From Octopus vulgaris (lineage: Eukaryota), in the NCBI GenBank assembly GCA_951406725.2, contig OX597820.1, positions 51,832,001-51,896,000 on the forward strand: 64,000 nucleotides of DNA, given 5' to 3'. The notes below the pieces were generated by a model that was not told where the DNA came from, did not search any database, and saw only the letters and a program-made list of their open reading frames with translations. Position numbers and translations under genes: made by a program. This document shows positions 41,311-56,252 of this stretch, piece after piece (the stretch's first letter is position 1; every line of letters begins with the position of its first letter).

Positions 41311-42249
41311 GTATATATATTATATGCATACATGTGTGTGTGTGCATGTGTGTATGAACAGACATTCAGTTACTCTATATTGGTTTCAATTGATGTATGT
41401 GTGTTGTATACAGAAATATAGCGGGGTGGGTGAGCTTCACAGTGTATGTGAAAGTATGCACCCGCGAATATGTAAGTAAGTATCAGTGACTTGTCTACTT
41501 TTATGCATATATAGATTTACGCATATATCTTGCTATGAAACGTCATTTTATTTATAGGCTAATATAATGAAATGCCGTGGTTATCTCGGCTGGATGTGAA
41601 CAAGCAGCAATTACTCAGATAAGTTATATCGTGAAGAATTCTGCCTGTTTGAGATAACCCCAGTTTTCCTCTTAAACAAACGCACATCCAAAAAGCAGAT
41701 GCGCGCCAACACATGTATCCACATATATGTATATATGTGTATGTTTTGTGAATGACCTTGAGTTCACGTATATTTACAATACTGCCGATTATTTTTTCAA
41801 TTTCTACATTTCAAAAGCGTATTCGTATATTTTATGCAATTCATGAAAAAATATATATTTAACTAGCACACTTATACCTGATCTTCGTTGTAAATTATCC
41901 GAGCTACCTATTTTATAAAAGGAAGTGTTATAATTTCTGTTAATGTAAATAAACCGAACGTTATAATATATATTCTCAGTGAAAGTACCTGGATATTTAG
42001 AAATATAAATACATTTCTTTGTAGAGCAATGGAAGATAACAATGCACTCATTTGCAGAGGTTATTTGAAACAACACACGATGCTTCAAGCGAGAATATAT
42101 TGATAGTATATTTTCCCCAGTTTTCTTTCTATATATTTTGCTTAAAACATTATTGTGCACTGACACTAGGAAGTGATATAAAATAAACGTTATATTAATA
42201 GGTTCAGTTTAAATGGCAAATCAATGTGAGATTGTATTATTCTAAATTA

Positions 42250-43150
42250 TTTATAATAGTTTCAACAGCATGCATGTTAAGGTTTTAAATTTCAAAGACC
42301 TCAAAGCATTTCTACGATACATCTGTGCAGTATATTTCAATGCTTCGCAGAGGAAAATACGTCTCCAAATCGGATTCGTACTGGAACAGTTCTATTGATG
42401 CAAGTTGCATGATGTAACTACAATCTCGATTCCTCAATTCAGTAACAAGTTTCTATCAAGTGTACTTGATCTCATAACCAGCCTTGGAGTACTCAATAGA
42501 TAATCATGGTGGATTGTATACTAAGATTATCTAAAACTAAATCACTTACGCGTTCATCATAAACATCAAAAACATGAGATTCTTTAGGACCAACTATGTC
42601 ATTCATCACGTTCTGAACGTAACAAATAACGCTTGGTTACTGATAATGAAAAGCTGCGTCAAGAATCAAAAACTTGAAGACTTCAGATTCTGGTGCAATA
42701 CCGTATTTAATGCTTCAGCGAGAACAAGCCACATTCAGTAATTCGTGTTGTGACAAAATTTCTGTGAAAACACAAATTACTGTCGTTGTCACAGCCGAAA
42801 TTACAGAAATGTGGATTGCTTGCTGAAATGCTAGCTGCAGTCGATCTGCTAGCTGCAGTTGATCTGCTACAATTCTATTACTATTTGAAATGGATGTGGT
42901 TCCGATGAGAAGTAAAGTGAACTTAATGTACGATTGCAGTTTCCCAAATGGTTCTGTTTCAAGTTCTTTTTCAGAACTGAAATATTTTAGATTATCATGA
43001 TCATCATCAGTGAAGTATCAAAATCACCAGAATCTTACTTCTGGTGATTTTAGGTGGACAGGCAACATATTTGAAAGAAAAAAACTTGAAAATCGGGAGA
43101 GAGTAAGTTTCAAGAAGAAAGAATAAACCAATTTTATAGAAGAAAGAATC
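42250..43150 (-). pseudogene. Possible decayed hAT (Charlie/Buster-like) transposase
   Basis: Faint ordered motifs on the minus strand (EAL, LQG, ETYFP). Confidence 0.3.
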
Positions 43151-43733
43151 ACTCTGGACTGTTACTAGATAGCAGAAACCACAATGGCAGCCTAATTCTC
43201 AATCATTTCAATATCCACGATTCTTTAGCCAAGATATTTGAGTATTTTTCGGATTAATTCCATTTGTCACACAATAAATCATAATTTGATGACTTTGATA
43301 ATTAACTATGTATCACATTGCTAAGACTTTTAACAATGAATGTATTTCATATCACTATGTAACATTCCCCAGGAGGCAGATTCATCAGTGTAGCTACAAT
43401 CATTTTATTTTAAAGAACGTTTGTATATTGTGCATTGTTGAATATTCCAAGGTCTCCTGTTTCTAGTCACGGTCGTATTCCTTCATTCTTAATTAACTAC
43501 TCGCAATGAAACACTCAGAACAGAATAGTCTATTCAACAGAACTATCTACAAGATAAGCTCGTACATATTTCAAATTATATGGTTAACAATGTCTGTTTG
43601 TCTATTAATTCACACTATATATATATGATATAGGTTACAATGTAAGATAATTCCCTCTTGAGGATTTTCTTGAAGATATCTGCCCAAGAATATCGACGGT
43701 ATAGTAGGAGGAGAGAACGTGTTTTATTACCGA

Positions 43734-43784
<51 letters not shown>

Positions 43785-43809
43785 TGTGTGTGTATGTATG
43801 TATGTATGT

Positions 43810-44900
43810 ATACAGGAAGAATAGAGTTTGAAAATGCACTGAGAATAGTTGAAATATATGTTATTAAAATATGTGAAGTTTTAAACGGTTTCACAGTTTA
43901 CACTAATTTTCAAAAAGGTCAAATAGAAAGACGTGCCTTATCTCGCAGCTGTCTTGCTTCTGCCTAGTGTTTGAAGTTTTATAGGGAGTTCATGATTCAA
44001 ATTAATTTTTTATAGGATTTGATTAATTAGTAGAGGATAGTCACATGGCTGATCTTGGACATTTTTGTAGGTTCCCCGCTACGTACGTGACATTGTTTGG
44101 CGTCGCAAGTTAAGACTAACACTGTTGACTGAACATGTCAAAACAGTGAATGTTTTGAATATTTTCGGTCAAGTGTTTGTAGAAAACGAACACATTATGA
44201 AGCTTATAATCTTTTGTATATTTTGCGCAACATCTGTGCGTTAGGGTGATGTGACAGTGTATTTTGCGCCTAAAAAGAGGGCCGACAGGGGTGAGTGAAC
44301 ATGCGCAGTTATAATCAAGACAGACCAAATCTAATCTGACTAGTGGGAGATTAAATGGTTAAAATGTAGGTTGTTTGTTGTGTAGCTTCCTCATTATAAG
44401 TGGCAGAATTAATTTTGCGTTGGAATAGTTATTTGTATATGTACTCTTTTAAAGTTTATTGAGCTGTGGTTCGTACTTTTGTATGAAATTATTCTCTTTG
44501 TTTATCCGTGGTTCATCTGTGGTATTCGCTAAATATAAATATATTCATTCCCAATCACCAGTTGTCGACATTGTTATCCTTAACTGGTTCTGTTATGATA
44601 TCCCTGTTAAAGTATGTGAGGTCCTGCTCGACTTTAAACAAATTTTCTAATCATTTCTAGTGCAGTTTGGACCTCATTGCATTTGCATTCTAATCTGCAC
44701 CTTTCGTCTAACTTGCAAGACGTGTTGATATTATAATACGTTTTGCTGTAAGTCTCCACTTGGTCTTTTGTTTTAGCTTTGTCTTGCGTTTCCTGTCACC
44801 AATAAAATTCAGAATTTCAACTGAGATCCACTGTTCTTTGCAAGAGCATCTTTTCTAGCCAATTATTGCGTAAGCAGTCTCACCTGTCCTATTTTTGAAA
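43810..44900 (-). pseudogene. Possible decayed Penelope-like 3' region
   Basis: HRCCAK..VFVFYK resembles a GIY-YIG tail; ends near a TA-rich microsatellite; eroded GAAACCG motif near 43890. Confidence 0.35.
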
Positions 44901-45548
44901 ATCTAGCATTTGTTATCCAATTATCAAATACTCGGGGAATAATTGACACGCATAAACACACACATATAAGATTAAAGTAACATAGGTAGAGAATGTGAGA
45001 AAGAAAGAGGGAGGGGTGAGACAGAGAGGAAGAGAGGGAGAGAGAGAGCGAGGAAATGTGAGCGATATAAAAAATCATGCATAAAGACCATGACAATCGA
45101 ATAATATATGTTATTGGATATGATGAAATAATATATGACTCCTTGACAGTAACATATTGTGCCAGCAAGTAAGACTTATAAAGTATTCTCAATATTCCCA
45201 TCTGTATCTTTTCAGTAATGAAGAGTTTATTTACAATTTGTTTCCTGGAAATGGCATATGGTTTATGTTCTTCCTCAAAATATTCTTGAATTCCATAACT
45301 GATATTTTTTTAACAAATCAATAAGACTTATTGATTGTTAGTAATGTAATGGTAGTCTTTTCATCTTGGTTTCTTGCTGTTTGCTGTTATCATTTCGATA
45401 TTTTTGACAGCTTTAAAGATGACATGTCTGAAACCTAATATACAAGCATGCACATATATTAACCCACGCAAACACACACAGACATACGGGCACACACACA
45501 TGTATATAACTATTTTAGCATATGCATATATATATATATATATATATC

Positions 45549-45585
<37 letters not shown>

Positions 45586-45624
45586 ATTGGTATGCATGCA
45601 TATGCACACATATATGTGTTTATT

Positions 45625-45655
<31 letters not shown>

Positions 45656-46607
45656 GTTTGTATGTATGTGTATGTGTATGTATATACATTTATATCTATG
45701 TAGCTCTGTGTATGCTTGTTTACATGCGTTATGTGTGAGTGTGCATGTTTGTGTGTATGTTTGTGTGTGTGTGTGAGTGTGTGTGTGTGGGTGTATGTGT
45801 GTGTGGGTGTCTGCGTCTGTGTGTGGCTGTTGCTATATTCTGGTAAGGAGGACGTGGCGATATTACTTAAAATTCCCTGCGCTTACATGACTATTTAAAT
45901 AAAATTGTATTCGCATTGATACAACTATATTTACATTCTGCTGTAAATATACTTCAAATGAGAGTAGCAATAGAAAAAAGACTATTCTTTTTATTAATAT
46001 CGTTTTACTGTTTTCTTCTCTCGCTTTCATTCTTTTTTTAATTTCTTTTCTGTCTGTCGAAAAAAAATCTTTTAAATTTTTAGAGTTCGGAAAACTTCAG
46101 AAAGTGTAGCCAAGTGTTCATGCTGGGTTATTTTCAGTTTTATCAATCTTGGTGAACGCCTTTTTCTCGGATATCGTAACATATATGTTGATATCTCTTC
46201 TAAAAAGTGTTATGCTGTAACATATGTACGTATATATATTTATGTATCGTGAAATTCCATGCAGTGATTTCAATTATATTCTATGCCAATCTTTATTAAT
46301 TTTTAAGTATTTTGCTGACTTTATCTAACAGTGTGATATCATTCATAGAATAATGTTCATTTTAGTGACTTTTACTTTATACATATTTAAAATACATTAC
46401 ACATTTTTTCAATTTTTTTCCTCACCATTTTCTCTGTCTCTCTCTCTCACATATTCAATTGATTTCTTAGAATACCGCTATGTGAATGTTTGTATGTATG
46501 TATGTATGTATGTATGTATGTATGTATGTATATATGTGTGTGTGTGTGTGTTTGTATATTTATATTTATGTACGTGGGTGCGTGTGTGTGTGTGTGTGTG
46601 TACATTT

Positions 46608-47080
46608 AGGCGGTTTCAAGTGTGTGCGACTGGATGTGTTATCTGTAATCGTTGGTAATACTGCCTTCCCATAGATCCGGGTTCAGCGCCACTGCGGTGT
46701 AATATGGACAACATTCTTCTAGTATAGCTTCGGGCCGATCAAATTCTCGTGAGTTGATGTGGTAAAAATAAACTGAATGAAGCTCGCTCTAAGTGTGTGT
46801 GTTCGTGTGTGTGCGTGTATGCATGTGTGTGTATGTTGTATGTATATGTGTATGCGTGCGTGGGTTTGTGTGATTATGTATATCGTTGTGTCTGTGTTCG
46901 TCCCCTACCACCGCTTAAACACCGGCGTTGGTATATTTATGACCCAGTAACTTAGTGTCTTGGCAAAAGAGACGGAAGAGTAAGAATAAGAATGAGAAAA
47001 GAAGTGCTGGGGTCGATTTCTACTACTAAAATTTATTCAAAGCTGTGATTCAGCATACTAAAACAAGTAAAAGATGGAAT
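46608..47080 (+). mobile_element. SINE family A
   Basis: CCGGGTTCAGCGCC..TATAGCTTCGGGCCGA body; internal TG repeat. Confidence 0.8.
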
Positions 47081-47366
47081 ATAAAATATATTAAGACCTT
47101 CTCCTATGCTTTATTGATTTTAACCTGCACTATCTTTTATCATTTATGTTTGATTTTTCAGTTATTAGGCTGCAACCTTGCCGGGGTACAGCCTTGGAGA
47201 AATTTGGCTAATTATTTTGATATAACATAAATGTTTTTCTCTTTCTAGTCAATGTAAATCGGTTTCGCATGAAATATTGCTGAATATGACATAACATTAA
47301 TTCCATGTGGCGGACTGATTATACTTCCGGAAACTATATTTTATTCATTATATATCATCAGTAAAG

Positions 47367-47790
47367 AGGCGAGCTGGCAGAGATGTTAGCTCGCCGGGCG
47401 AAATACTTAGCAGTATTCCGTCTGTCTTTATGTTCTGATTTCAAATTCCGCCGACGTCAACTTTGCCTTTCATACTTTCGGAGTCGATAAATTAACTACC
47501 AGTTACGCACTGGGGTCGATGTAACCGACTTAATCCGTTTGTCTGTCCTTGTTTCTCCCCTCTATGTTTAGCCCCTTGTAGGCAAAAAGAAATAAGAAAC
47601 GTTAGCTCGCCGGGCGAAATGCTTAGCAGTATTCCGTCTGTCTTTACGTTTTGAGTTCAAATTCCGCTGAGGTCGACTTTTCCTTTCATCCTTTCGGAGT
47701 CGATAAATTAAGTACAGTTGCGTACTGAGGTAGATATAATTGACTGGCCCTCTCCCCAAAAATTTCGGGCCTTGTGCCTAGAGTAGAAAT
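47367..47790 (+). mobile_element. Tandem pair of SINE family B units
   Basis: GTTAGCTCGCCGGGCGAAAT..GTCGATAAATTAA occurs twice (~47385, ~47601) with different 3' tails. Confidence 0.88.
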
Positions 47791-48761
47791 GATCATATAT
47801 CGTTAGTTAAATATCGCAATACGTTGGCATTTTATAAGCTTCATTCATTTTTATCAATTGAAGTTTATTTGTATTTGCAAATAGTGTATGGTTATTTGCC
47901 TTGATTTATTTGAAGCGGTATGCATCACAGGAGTGATACTGTGTTATTTATGATAGGCTGCATTTAATAATGTGAATTGGCGCCTGTTATTTCGCTCATT
48001 GACATTAACTTGGGAAACAAATATGAAACTGCTTAATCAAATGCTGCAATAATTTCTGATTGTGATTGACGATACATAAATGAACGCTAGCTTATAAGCA
48101 TATACATTCGCATACCAGTGTATATATTTTAAGGAAAATTACAATCTGTGATGTGTCATATTTGTTTCAACACAAGATTTTTACTTTTCCTCTTATTACG
48201 CAAATTTAAGACACTATTTGATTTTGCTTGCGCTTTGATGTTTCCCTTTCATTGGGTCTTCTCGTTCATTATGTTGCATCGCAGTCTCTGTAATCTTTAA
48301 TAACTTTACATATTTCTCTGCACATTATGAGGCTGAATAAAGATTATTGATACTTTTCATGCTTGTAGACGAGTAGAAGCGTTCGGTTATAAGTGTTTCT
48401 TATAGACGAACATCTAAACATATCGTGGTTTGGTTGCTATCTTTACAGAATTTTGTTACTGCATGAACTGCACACTCTTTGTCAATTCATAATAACTATA
48501 ACCTGTATGCATTAGACGTTCTCTGAGACATGTGCTGAGGTTTAAAAAATTTTGCGCACTTCTATGTGAATATTACATTAGCTCATTGATGTACCATTTC
48601 CTTATTTAAAGCTTCTAACACTATGAAGTCATTCTCTACGCATGTCATGGTAGAGTGTTTTGGTGTAAAATATTCGAGTCACACCTATACAACTGTTGGT
48701 AAGAAAGAATTTCCGCTGGACTACACCTTATGTAATAACGTAAAGATTAGTTTGTGTAATT

Positions 48762-48950
48762 TGCTGGCAGAATCGTTAGCACTCCAGTAGAAATGCTTCG
48801 TCTGTCATTACGTTCTGAGCTCAAAATCTGCCGAGGTCCTCTTTTCCTTTTATCGTTTCGGGGTCGATAAATTAATTAGTAGTTGAGTACTAGGATCGAT
48901 GTAATCGACTATCCCTCACCCCAAATTTCAGGCTCGTGCCTATAGCAGAA
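48762..48950 (+). mobile_element. SINE family B
   Basis: GCTGGCAGAATCGTTAGCAC..GGGGTCGATAAATTAA. Confidence 0.85.
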
Positions 48951-50582
48951 AAGTAAAAAAGAAAAGTTGTCCATTATATATATATGCTGTAACTGTCTTT
49001 TTTTGTGTGTGCTTACCGTCTAAAGTGTATTCATACAAATACTCACGTTTCGGGAAAGATTTCAAAATTTTACATCTAACCCAATTATGATATTGACTGA
49101 TATTTCTTTAGTAATATCTGTAGGTAATCTCCTTCTGCATTTGTTAGGCTTTATGCATTTGGGGGATTAGGATATTCCCATTTTCCTTTGTTATTTTTTT
49201 CTTGGTGTTCAAAACACGTGTTGCATTGTCTCTTTCAGTAAACCAATGACAAATTTCGAACCACACTTTTTGCTCTAGTTGAATACTTCAACAAGAATTC
49301 AGTGTTTATCATCATCTCATACGTGTTAGTTTCGGAGGTATTGCTTATGTTTTAGACATTACCTGTTCTGGTGATGCTATGAATGTTCGCGTTCATTCTC
49401 AAATATTTTTCCGCTTACCTTGCAACTGGATTTACATTATTTTATTATTTTTTAAATTTAGTTTAAATTATAGGGATGATATGATCACATTAGTTTTGCT
49501 TTCATTTGTTTATTTTCGCTTGGGAGGTTTTTGTTTTAATAAAAGCTTTCGCCATTCATAACGATGGTTTTCATGAGATTTAGAGAAACAAGCTCTTGTG
49601 GAAACCCGTCCTTCAATTCAGGTATTTCGATACTTTTCCTTACGCAGTTGATCTTATAATGTAACAATTTTCCTTCTTTTGCTTCCGTATAGATTATTTG
49701 GTGTACTTAGTATTATGGCTCTCTCTCACACCTGTCTCAAATAAATCTTCAAATGTATCATTATTTCTAACTGATATTTAGGACCATATTTCATGATGAT
49801 ATTCTAAAGAGCCCTTCATTCAAATACTTCCTAATTTGATGAAATATTAAAATGTTCGTCTTTATACTTTTCGCATAATTTTGTCCTTATGTTCTTGCTT
49901 TTTCTTAGTTCAGATTCAGATTTTTCCTCGTCGGTATTCCGTAGGTATTCTCGTTTTCAATTTGCCATGCTTTATTATGGAGTTATTCATCTGTTCTTTT
50001 GCATGTTGTTTTTCTGTGTTCGTGATTTACCTCCTTAACATTCATAATTCTGAATTTTTAACTCCGCTCTTTCCACTTTTTTTTGTTTTGTTTTGTTTTT
50101 GCACTTGTTTTATATATTCTTCTCTTTGTAAGCGCCCTAATTGCAAACACAGACAAACACACACGCATTTCACATATACACACGCATCTAGACGGACACA
50201 CACACACACACACATCACACTCACGAACGCACACAATAAACATAGATATATGATATGTTTGAACTTTCGCCGTTAGCTTATTAAATTAGCTTGTATTTTG
50301 TGATCTAAAATTACTTTTACATCGGGTTTATTCTGTAGTGCTTTCCTGTGTACGGTAGTGCGTATATGTAAATAATGCAACTTGTATAAAAATGTTAAAT
50401 TATACTTAGTACTATTATGCTTTTTCTACTTTTATTTTCGTTTTATGGTTTCAGTGCTGATCACTGCATATAGCCATACGGGATGTTTTATTACCAACAT
50501 CAAAGCATTTCATTTCTTCTCCGCTTCAAATTAGATTCTAGGCTTTAAAAATACTTTTGATATTGTTTCAGTATCTACTACG

Positions 50583-50625
<43 letters not shown>

Positions 50626-51606
50626 CGTCAGATTAGGATGTATGATATATATACATATTCGCATATAATATCCTTCACCACAGAAAATTTTATTCTTGTC
50701 TCTTGCATTCTTTATGTTTTGAAACTAGAGGTAGTCTTCTCCATCGTTCTTTTGTAGTGCTGCATATGAAGCTTTGTTATATCTTCCAAGTTGCATCAAA
50801 CATATATGTTTTACTATATCCGAGGTCAACAAAGTTTTCCTCTATCAGATTGTGATTAGTGGCTCTATACTTACTATAATTGTTCTAGTTTCTCTACTAA
50901 GCTAATTAATTCCTTTGACTCGAATTTTAAGTATCAGAAATATGACTCATTATTGGCAAAACTGGTATTTGCTAACTTATTTTTGGCATGTAGTGTAGTT
51001 GTCAGTATTTAGCTAATGTGTCTATAATATTCCGTTGTAAATTTTCTTGCTGTTTAAATGTTGTACTGTATTGTCTACTGCATTAATATCTAAGTATGCG
51101 TAAGAAGCTTTCAACTAATCCTCTTATCTATGCTTCTTTATCGAACATGATATGTATCCTTCACTTTACTGGTTTAGCTTGAATTCCTGACAAACAGGAA
51201 TACAGAAGCGTATCGTATTTTAATATTAATCTCTCCACTGCGATCTCGCCTCTATTTCAAAACTTTCTCCTCTGTTTTGATTACCTCAGCTATAATTACA
51301 ATTAAGTTAGACATGTTTCGATCACCTAGTTGTTTTCGCGTTGCCATCTATACACAGGTTAAAACACACACAATCTATTAACGTGTACAGGGACAAATTC
51401 CTTCTGAGTGTGAATCACTACTCGGCTTAAATTCTTTAGTTTTCTAAGTTATTGCCTTATACGTTTCTTAATTGTTGCCTAGGTCTTGCACTGATATGTT
51501 GTTTTGCAGATTTGGGGGAGCATTCTATACAGTTAATTTTTTCCTCTAGGAGTCCAGAAGACGCACTGCTAAAAACGGTAACAATATTGAAGGAAAAAGA
51601 AAAAAA

Positions 51607-51609
51607 ATA

Positions 51610-51656
<47 letters not shown>

Positions 51657-51663
51657 AATGATG

Positions 51664-51728
<65 letters not shown>

Positions 51729-51736
51729 AATAATAA
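51607..51736. repeat. (TGA)n(TAA)n array at the R4/Dong 5' junction
   Basis: Directly visible. Confidence 0.95.
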
Positions 51737-53841
51737 GGCATTTACTGCAGTGATATCGCAAAGGTTGAACAAGCACCTGGACGAAAATAAACTGTTCCCA
51801 GAAGAGCAGAAAGGATGCCGCAAAGGCTCATATGGTTCAGAAAGAAGAAAGGCCTCAGTATGTCCTGGATTGACTACAAAAAGGCGTTTGATAGCATCCT
51901 CCACACATGGATCCTCGAAACACTAGCCATTAACAAAGTAGCACCAACAATCATAAAATTCATAGAGCACTCTATGAATAAATGGCAAACAGTCCTACAC
52001 CTCCAAACAAAAGAGGGACTCATGAAAACCAAAGACATCCCCATTAGAAGAGGAATATCCCAGGGAGACACGCTCTCTCCACTCCTTTTCTGCTTGGCAC
52101 TGTCACCTCTATCTGATATACTAAATAGAACTGGATGCGGATATAAATGTTACGGCAAAACGATCAGCCACCTTTTATATATGGATGACCTAAAACTATA
52201 CGCTGCAAATGACAAACAGCTGGAAACACTATTAAAGACAGTTCATGGATTTACCAAAGAAATAGATATGAAATTTGGATTAGAAAAATGCGCCATGGTA
52301 ACCATGAAAAGAGGAAAACTAGTTAAGAGTAGCAACATCACACTAGATAAAACCAATAAAATAACATAATTAGACCAAAGCCAAACTTACAAATACTTAG
52401 GAATCCATGAACTAGATAAGACACAACACACACAAATGAAAGAGAAAATAAAAAAAGAATATTATAGACGAATTAGATCAATACTAAAAACAGAGCTCAA
52501 TGATAAAAACAAGATAATAGGTATTAACACTTTAGCTGTCCCAGTTATAAGTTACAGCTACAATATCCTTAACTGGACACGATATGAACTGACCAAAATA
52601 GATAGGAAAACAAGAAAAATAATGACAAGATCTAGGATGCATCACCCAAAATCTGACACAGAAAGACTATATATACAACGTATAGAAGGTGGTACAGGCC
52701 TTATACAACTGGAAAACTACTATAAAATAACCACCATAGGAATGCAAAAATATCTACTTCAGAAGGAAGGAAAACTGATATAAATAGCGGCAAAACACGA
52801 GCAAAACAAAAAACTGTTCTCAGTATTTAAGGAAGCTGACAAATACAAACAAGAAATCATACCACCTAATAAATATGAAGAAGAAGAAGAAGAAGATGAT
52901 GAAGAAACAACAAAAGCTATAAAACAAATGAAATCCAAACTAAAACTAGAACAGCAAAGAACCATGATAAAACGATGGCAAGAAAAACTCCTCCACGGTA
53001 AATACTGGACTAAACTAAATGCAAAAGAAATAGACAAAGAAAAATCCCAACAATGGTTGAGAAGCTCAGGACTCAAAGCAGAGACAGAGGGATTTTTAAT
53101 TGCATCACAAGACCAAAGTCTCCCCACCAGAAATTACCAAAAACATGTAATGAAAAGAAATATAACAAGTAACTGCAGAATATGTGGAGATGGACAAGAA
53201 ACAATAAATCATATTATCTCTGGCTGCCCAGTCCTGGTTAAGAAGGAATATATTCACAAACATGACAGAGTTGGAACCTACATACATTGGAAGCTATGCC
53301 AACATTATGGAATAACAATAGAAAAAAGATGGTATAGGCACACACCAGAAAAGGTCACAGAAAACGAGAAGGCAACCATACTCTGGGATATGCCGATACA
53401 CTCAGATAGAGAAATTAAGGCCAACAGGCCAGATATAGTTGTCAGAGACCATGAAGAAAAAAATGCTTTCTAATTGATGTATCAATACCGGCAGATGACA
53501 ACGTGTCTCTAAAAGAAATGGAGAAACTCTCAAAATACAAAGACCTGGAAATAGAGGTAACTAGAATGTGGAATCTGAAAACAGAAACAATTCCTATCAT
53601 AGTAGGTGCATTAGGCATGATAAAAAAATATTCAGACAAATACATAACAAAAACACCAGGACTTACAAACACATATAAGATACAGAAAATTGCATTACTA
53701 GGCACTGCACACATCCTATGCAGAACACTTTCCATACAATAACCATCAGAGCATCACAACAAATCACAACACATACCCAAGGCACACAGAGCTGCGCTCG
53801 GTAGTGAAGTGAAATCACGCTATAAAAATAAAACTACTGAA
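51737..53841 (+). mobile_element. 5'-truncated R4/Dong-clade non-LTR retrotransposon (RT, CCHC, restriction-like endonuclease), family 1
   Basis: WIDYKKAFDS, GISQGDTLSPLLF, HLLYMDDLKLY, CRICGDGQETINHIISGC, KHD, RPDIVV, LIDVSIP, KLSKYKDL, LGTAHIL; two stops and one frameshift; flanked by (TAA)n. Confidence 0.93.
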
Positions 53842-53874
53842 TAATATTAATAATAATAATTATTATTATTATCC

Positions 53875-54084
53875 TTTCCACTACAGGCAAAAGAGCTAAA
53901 ATTTGGGGGAAGGGGACCAGCCGATTACATCGACCCCAGTGCATAAATGGCGCTTAATTTATCGACAGCGAAAGGATAAATGGCAAACTCGACCGTAGCG
54001 GATTTTAAACTCATGGCGTTACAATAGGGAAAATGCACCTATATTTTCGTCCAGCATTCTAACAATTCTGCCAGCTCACCACCT
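53875..54084 (-). mobile_element. SINE family B
   Basis: ATTCTGCCAGCTCACCACCTT end; TTAATTTATCGAC. Confidence 0.8.
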
Positions 54085-54109
54085 TGAACAACAACAAAAA
54101 CTACAATAG

Positions 54110-54446
54110 TGAGACCTCCTTCGGTCATGAATGACCATGGGATTGCACCTAGAAAGTTACTCTCCCAGGCACAAGTCCGGGCAAGGTTGTTTAGAGAAGA
54201 CCAGCAGTCGCCCATGCATACCGGCCTCCCCTCTCCACCTCACCAGTGTTATCCAAGGGAAAAAGGCAAAGGCCGATACAGCTTGTCACCTGTGACGTCG
54301 CAACTCATTTCTATAGCTGAGTGAACTGGAGCAACGTGAAATAAAGTGTTTTGCTCAAGACCTCAACACGCAGCCTGGTCCGGGATTCGAACTCACAACC
54401 TCATGATCATAGGCTCGACGCTCTAAACACTGAGCCATGTGTCTTC
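54110..54446 (-). mobile_element. tRNA-derived SINE, family D
   Basis: Minus strand TGGCTCAGTG A box, GAGTTCGAATCC B box, CTTGAGCAAAACACTT body, terminal GGTCAT..ATGACC hairpin. Confidence 0.85.
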
Positions 54447-54491
54447 ACAACAACCACAATAATAATAATAATAATAATAATAGTAGTAGTT

Positions 54492-54543
<52 letters not shown>

Positions 54544-54551
54544 CAGTAGCA

Positions 54552-54622
<71 letters not shown>

Positions 54623-54689
54623 GATAATAACAACAACAACAACAACAATAATAATAATAATAACAACAACAACAATAAGCATAGACGAC

Positions 54690-55425
54690 TAAATATGATT
54701 TAAAAACGGAAATGGACGCTATAATCTGTGCTGCACTAGAGCAAGGATTAAGAACAAATTACATCAAATACAGAATAGACAACACATCAGAAATTGATAA
54801 GTGCAGAATGCGTGGACAAGATGGTGAAACCGTATGGCATATTACCTGTCAATGTAAGCCACTAGCCCAGAACGAATATAAGAGATGCCATGGCATATTA
54901 CAACAGGTATGGACTTGACAGAGAAAGAAAGCGTTACGAACATAAACTCGAACGCAACATTGAGAATGATAATGCAAAGTTTCTATGGGATATTAATGAT
55001 TCAGTGCGATTATGAGATAGAGAATAGGAAACCAGACACAGTCTTAATTGAGAAAAAAAGCAAACGATGCAGGATCATAGGTATAGCATGTCCAGCAGAC
55101 GACACACTATGCGATAAGGGGGAAAGAAAAGTCGACAGATATGACAGGTTAGCTTGGAAGGTTAAGTAGTTGTGGTCGCTGAAATAGGTGGTAGTAGTAG
55201 CAATAATTTTTGGAGCCCTCGGAACAGTGAGTAACAATCTTGAGAAGTACATGGAAAGAATAAGGGATACAATAAGATGATTTTTTGCAGAAAACAGTAC
55301 TGCTTGGAATCGCTCGAATACTTCGGATGGTCCCCGAAAAATAAGGGGTCTTACCTAGGTGCATTGGTTGTGAACAGATGACACCGTAGTACATCTTCAG
55401 CGTTGGAAGCAGTGCAAAGACAAAA
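54690..55425 (+). mobile_element. Truncated R4/Dong copy, family 2
   Basis: ICAALEQGLRTNY..KCRM..ETVWHITCQC, RKPD, IGIACP, GALGTV; flanked by TAA/CAA arrays. Confidence 0.85.
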
Positions 55426-55433
55426 TAATAATG

Positions 55434-55500
<67 letters not shown>

Positions 55501-55536
55501 GTATAATAATAATAATAATAGTAGTAGTAGTAGTAA

Positions 55537-55607
<71 letters not shown>

Positions 55608-55924
55608 ATTATATTTTAAAAGAAATTGACGTAAATCTTCACAAAGGTAAACAGACAAGACCTGGAAAGAAACGCAGGTATTCCGGTTTAAATTTGAATG
55701 TTTCAGCGTTTCCGATCTGTGAATTTAATTTCATTTTATATTTTGAACCTGTTAAAGGCGCACCGAATGTCAAAATATTGTTCAACCAATAAAATATATA
55801 TTGAAGTCCCATCACGCTCTTCGTCTTGTCTAATATTTCTAATAGTAACAATAACAACAACAACAAAAACAACAACAACAATAACGACAACGACAACGAC
55901 AACAACAACAACAACAACAACAAC

Positions 55925-56006
<82 letters not shown>

Positions 56007-56007
56007 G

Positions 56008-56181
56008 GAATAGAATACCGGGAGATCTACAGACAGTTTTCTCTTTAGGACAGCAAGTATTATCAGGTGTGTTCTAAGGACATGAAAGACAGCAGAAGAC
56101 TTTTGGATAGCTACGGTTACAGGTACTTGCCTGCTACTTACATAAGACCTACCAGGAAGAAGACAGAACCTAAGCAAAACC
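56008..56181 (+). mobile_element. Short 3' fragment of an R4/Dong-like element
   Basis: LQTVFSLG / TASIIRCVL* resembles the LGTAxIxRxVL C-terminus; between TAA arrays. Confidence 0.5.

Positions 56182-56250
<69 letters not shown>

Positions 56251-56252
<2 letters not shown>

Noticed and set aside
42828-42870. Short (~18-bp) tandem duplication of TGCTAGCTGCAGT.GATC
   Set aside because: Ordinary local slippage
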